Source: Eledone cirrhosa
Lineage: Eukaryota
NCBI GenBank assembly: GCA_964016885.1
Contig: OZ024749.1
Location: 19,468,001 to 19,532,000, forward strand
Direction of reading: 5' to 3'
Length of the DNA: 64,000 nt
Position numbers and translations under genes: made by a program. This document shows positions 62,001 to 64,000 of this stretch, piece after piece. Numbering within the stretch: the first letter of the stretch is position 1; every line of letters begins with the position of its first letter. The notes under the pieces were generated by a model, which was not told the DNA's origin, ran no database searches, and saw only the letters and a program-made list of their open reading frames with translations.

Positions 62001-64000
62001 TATACACTGTTAATGACTGTATTTACACTATCTATACACTGTTAATGACTGTATTTACACTATCTATACACTATTAATAACTGTATTTACACTATCTATA
62101 CACTGTTAATGAGTGTATTTACACTATCTATACACTGTTAATAACTGTATTTACACTATCTATACACTGTTAATGACTGTATTTACACTATCTATACACT
62201 GTTAATGACTGTATTTACACTATCTATACATTGTTAATGACTGTATTTACACTATCTATACACTGTTAATGACTGTATTTACACTATCTATACACTGTTA
62301 ATGACTATTTACACTATACATTGTTAATGACTGTATTTACACTATCTATACACAATTAATGACTGTATTTACACTATCTATACACTGTTAATGACTGTAT
62401 TTACGCTATCTATACACTGTTAATGACTGTATTTACACTATCTATACACTGTTAATGACTGCATTTACACTATCTATACACCGTTAATGACTGTATTTAC
62501 ACTATCTATACACTGTTAATAACTGTATTTACACTATCTATACACTGTTAATGACTGTATTTACACTATTTATATACTGTTAATAACTGTATTTACACTA
62601 TCTATACACTGTTAATGACTGTATTTACACTATCTATACCCTGTTAATGACTGTATTTACACTATCTATACTCTGTTAATAACTGTATTTACACTATCTA
62701 TACATTGTTAATGACTGTATTTACACTATCTATACACTGTTAATGACTGTATTTACACTATCTATACACTGTTAATGACTGTATTTACACTATCTATACA
62801 CTGTTAATAACTGTATTTACACTATCTATACACTGTTAATAACTGTATTTACACTATCTATACACTGTTAATAACTGTATTTACACTATCTATACACTGT
62901 TAATGACTGTATTTACACTATCTATACCCTGTTAATGACTGTATTTACACTATCTATACTCTGTTAATAACTGTATTTACACTATCTATACATTGTTAAT
63001 GACTGTATTTACACTATCTATACACTGTTAATGACTGTATTTACACTATCTATACACCGTTAATGACTGTATTTACATTATCTATACACTGTTAATGACT
63101 GTATTTACACTATCTATACACTGTAAATAACTGTATTTACACTATCTATACACTGTAAATAACTGTATTTACACTATCTATACATTGTTAATAACTGTAT
63201 TTACACTATCCATACACTGTTAATGACTGTATTTACACTATCTATGCACTGTTAATGACTGTATTTACACTATCTATACACTGTTAATGACTGTATTTAC
63301 ACTATCTATACATTGTTAATGACTGTATTTACACTATCTATACACTGTTAATAACTGTATTTACACTATCTATACACTGTTAATGACTGTATTTACACTA
63401 TCTATACATTGTTAATGACTGTATTTACACTATCTATACATTGTTAATGACTGTATTTACACTATCTATACACTGTTAATGACTGTATTTACACTATCTA
63501 TACATTGTTAATGACTGTATTCACACTATCTATACACTGTTAATGACTGTATTTACACTATTTATATACTGTTAATAACTGTATTTACACTATCTATACA
63601 CTGTTAATGACTGTATTTACACTATCTATACACTGTTAATGACTGTATTTACACTATCTATACACTGTTAATAACTGTATTTACACTATCTATACATTGT
63701 TAATGACTGTATTTACACTATCTATACACTGTTAATGACTGTATTTACACTATCTATACACTGTTAATGACTGTATTTACACTATCTATACACTGTTAAT
63801 AACTGCATTTACACTATCTATACACTGTTAATAACTGTATTTACACTATCTATACACTGTTAATGACTGTATTTACACTATCTATACATTGTTAATGACT
63901 GTATTTACACTATCTATACACTGTTAATGTCTGTATTTACACTATTTATACACTGTTAATAACTGTATTTACACTATCTATACACTGTTAATGACTGTAT
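50035..64000. repeat. 10,933-bp period: ~50035-53067 recurs at ~60968-64000 (second copy truncated by the window end)
   Basis: TTCATG 50472/61405, GAGTG 51180/62113, TATTCAC 52589/63522, ATGTCTG 52997/63930, all at offset 10,933 = 342x32-11. This matches the deletions seen in the interval (1+1+1+2+4+2). Confidence 0.9.
55430..61640. repeat. Tandem duplication of a 3103-bp (97-monomer) unit
   Basis: GAGTG 55843/58946, TTATCCT 56300/59403, TATTCAC 57610/60713, TTCATG 58302/61405, CTGTCAATG 58525/61628. 97x32-1 = 3103. Confidence 0.92.

Larger units (their letters stand above)
1..64000. repeat. 32-bp tandem satellite array, ~2,000 copies, consensus CACTATCTATACACTGTTAATGACTGTATTTA; extends beyond both window ends
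   Basis: The 32-bp period is visible directly throughout (units start at 1, 33, 65...). Monomers usually differ from consensus by 0-2 substitutions (commonest G22A, C14T, T15C, C3T) and occasionally by 1-, 2-, 4- or 11-bp deletions. No non-repeat sequence or inversion was seen. Confidence 0.99.

Noticed and set aside
1-64000. CRISPR array (32 bp is within direct-repeat size and has weak dyad symmetry)
   Set aside because: Repeats abut directly with no unique spacers, and there is no leader or cas gene.
1-64000. Repetitive protein-coding ORF under the standard code
   Set aside because: The plus strand has TAA-TGA in each monomer, and because 32 is not a multiple of 3 every frame stops about every 96 bp. 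The minus strand has TAA/TAG in all three frames within each monomer.
1-64000. Minus-strand ORF under the ciliate-type code (TAA/TAG = Gln), since the consensus minus strand lacks TGA and would give a 32-aa repeat
   Set aside because: Absence of one triplet from a 32-mer is expected by chance. Indels of 1, 2, 4 and 11 bp and TGA-creating variants (AATCAC, GTCAAT, TTCAT) are freely tolerated, and nothing indicates a reassigned code.
1-64000. Telomerase-synthesised telomeric repeat
   Set aside because: There are no G-runs, the unit is longer than the long yeast telomeric repeats I know (~25 bp), and variants are inherited in kb-scale blocks, which indicates recombinational copying rather than templated addition. 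A subtelomeric location is not excluded.
1-64000. Pure sequencing artefact or rolling-circle concatemer of a 32-mer
   Set aside because: Rare variants recur in ordered, nested blocks with consistent offsets and stepwise divergence, which random error would not produce. Individual near-identical duplications could still be assembly errors.
1-64000. Promoter, transcription-factor or iteron motifs (TATA-like, TTAAT/TAAT, GATA on the minus strand)
   Set aside because: Short AT-rich motifs are expected by chance in a 72% AT monomer, and there is no adjacent gene or rep ORF to give them context.
1-64000. Variant pattern as an encoded message or diversity-generating cassette system
   Set aside because: The pattern is explained by point mutation plus nested duplication. 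No recombinase, reverse transcriptase or expression locus is present.

Overview
The whole 64-kb window is one uninterrupted head-to-tail tandem array (satellite DNA). It holds about 2,000 copies of a 32-bp AT-rich monomer, consensus CACTATCTATACACTGTTAATGACTGTATTTA (28% GC), all in the same orientation and running off both ends. I see no unique sequence, gene, RNA gene, transposon or CRISPR spacer, and no gene-encoded novel system can be supported. The information lies in the monomer variants. The monomer has an 11+11+10 sub-repeat structure and an imperfect dyad. Rare variants reveal nested higher-order duplications of 480, 1661, 2528, ~2879, 3103, 3609 and 10,933 bp, plus a ~21-25 kb super-repeat. 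The variant repertoire changes abruptly near 50 kb. The array is most likely eukaryotic heterochromatic satellite DNA (inference), and the organism cannot be identified by eye. Marker positions were read by hand, and block boundaries are approximate to within 1-2 monomers.
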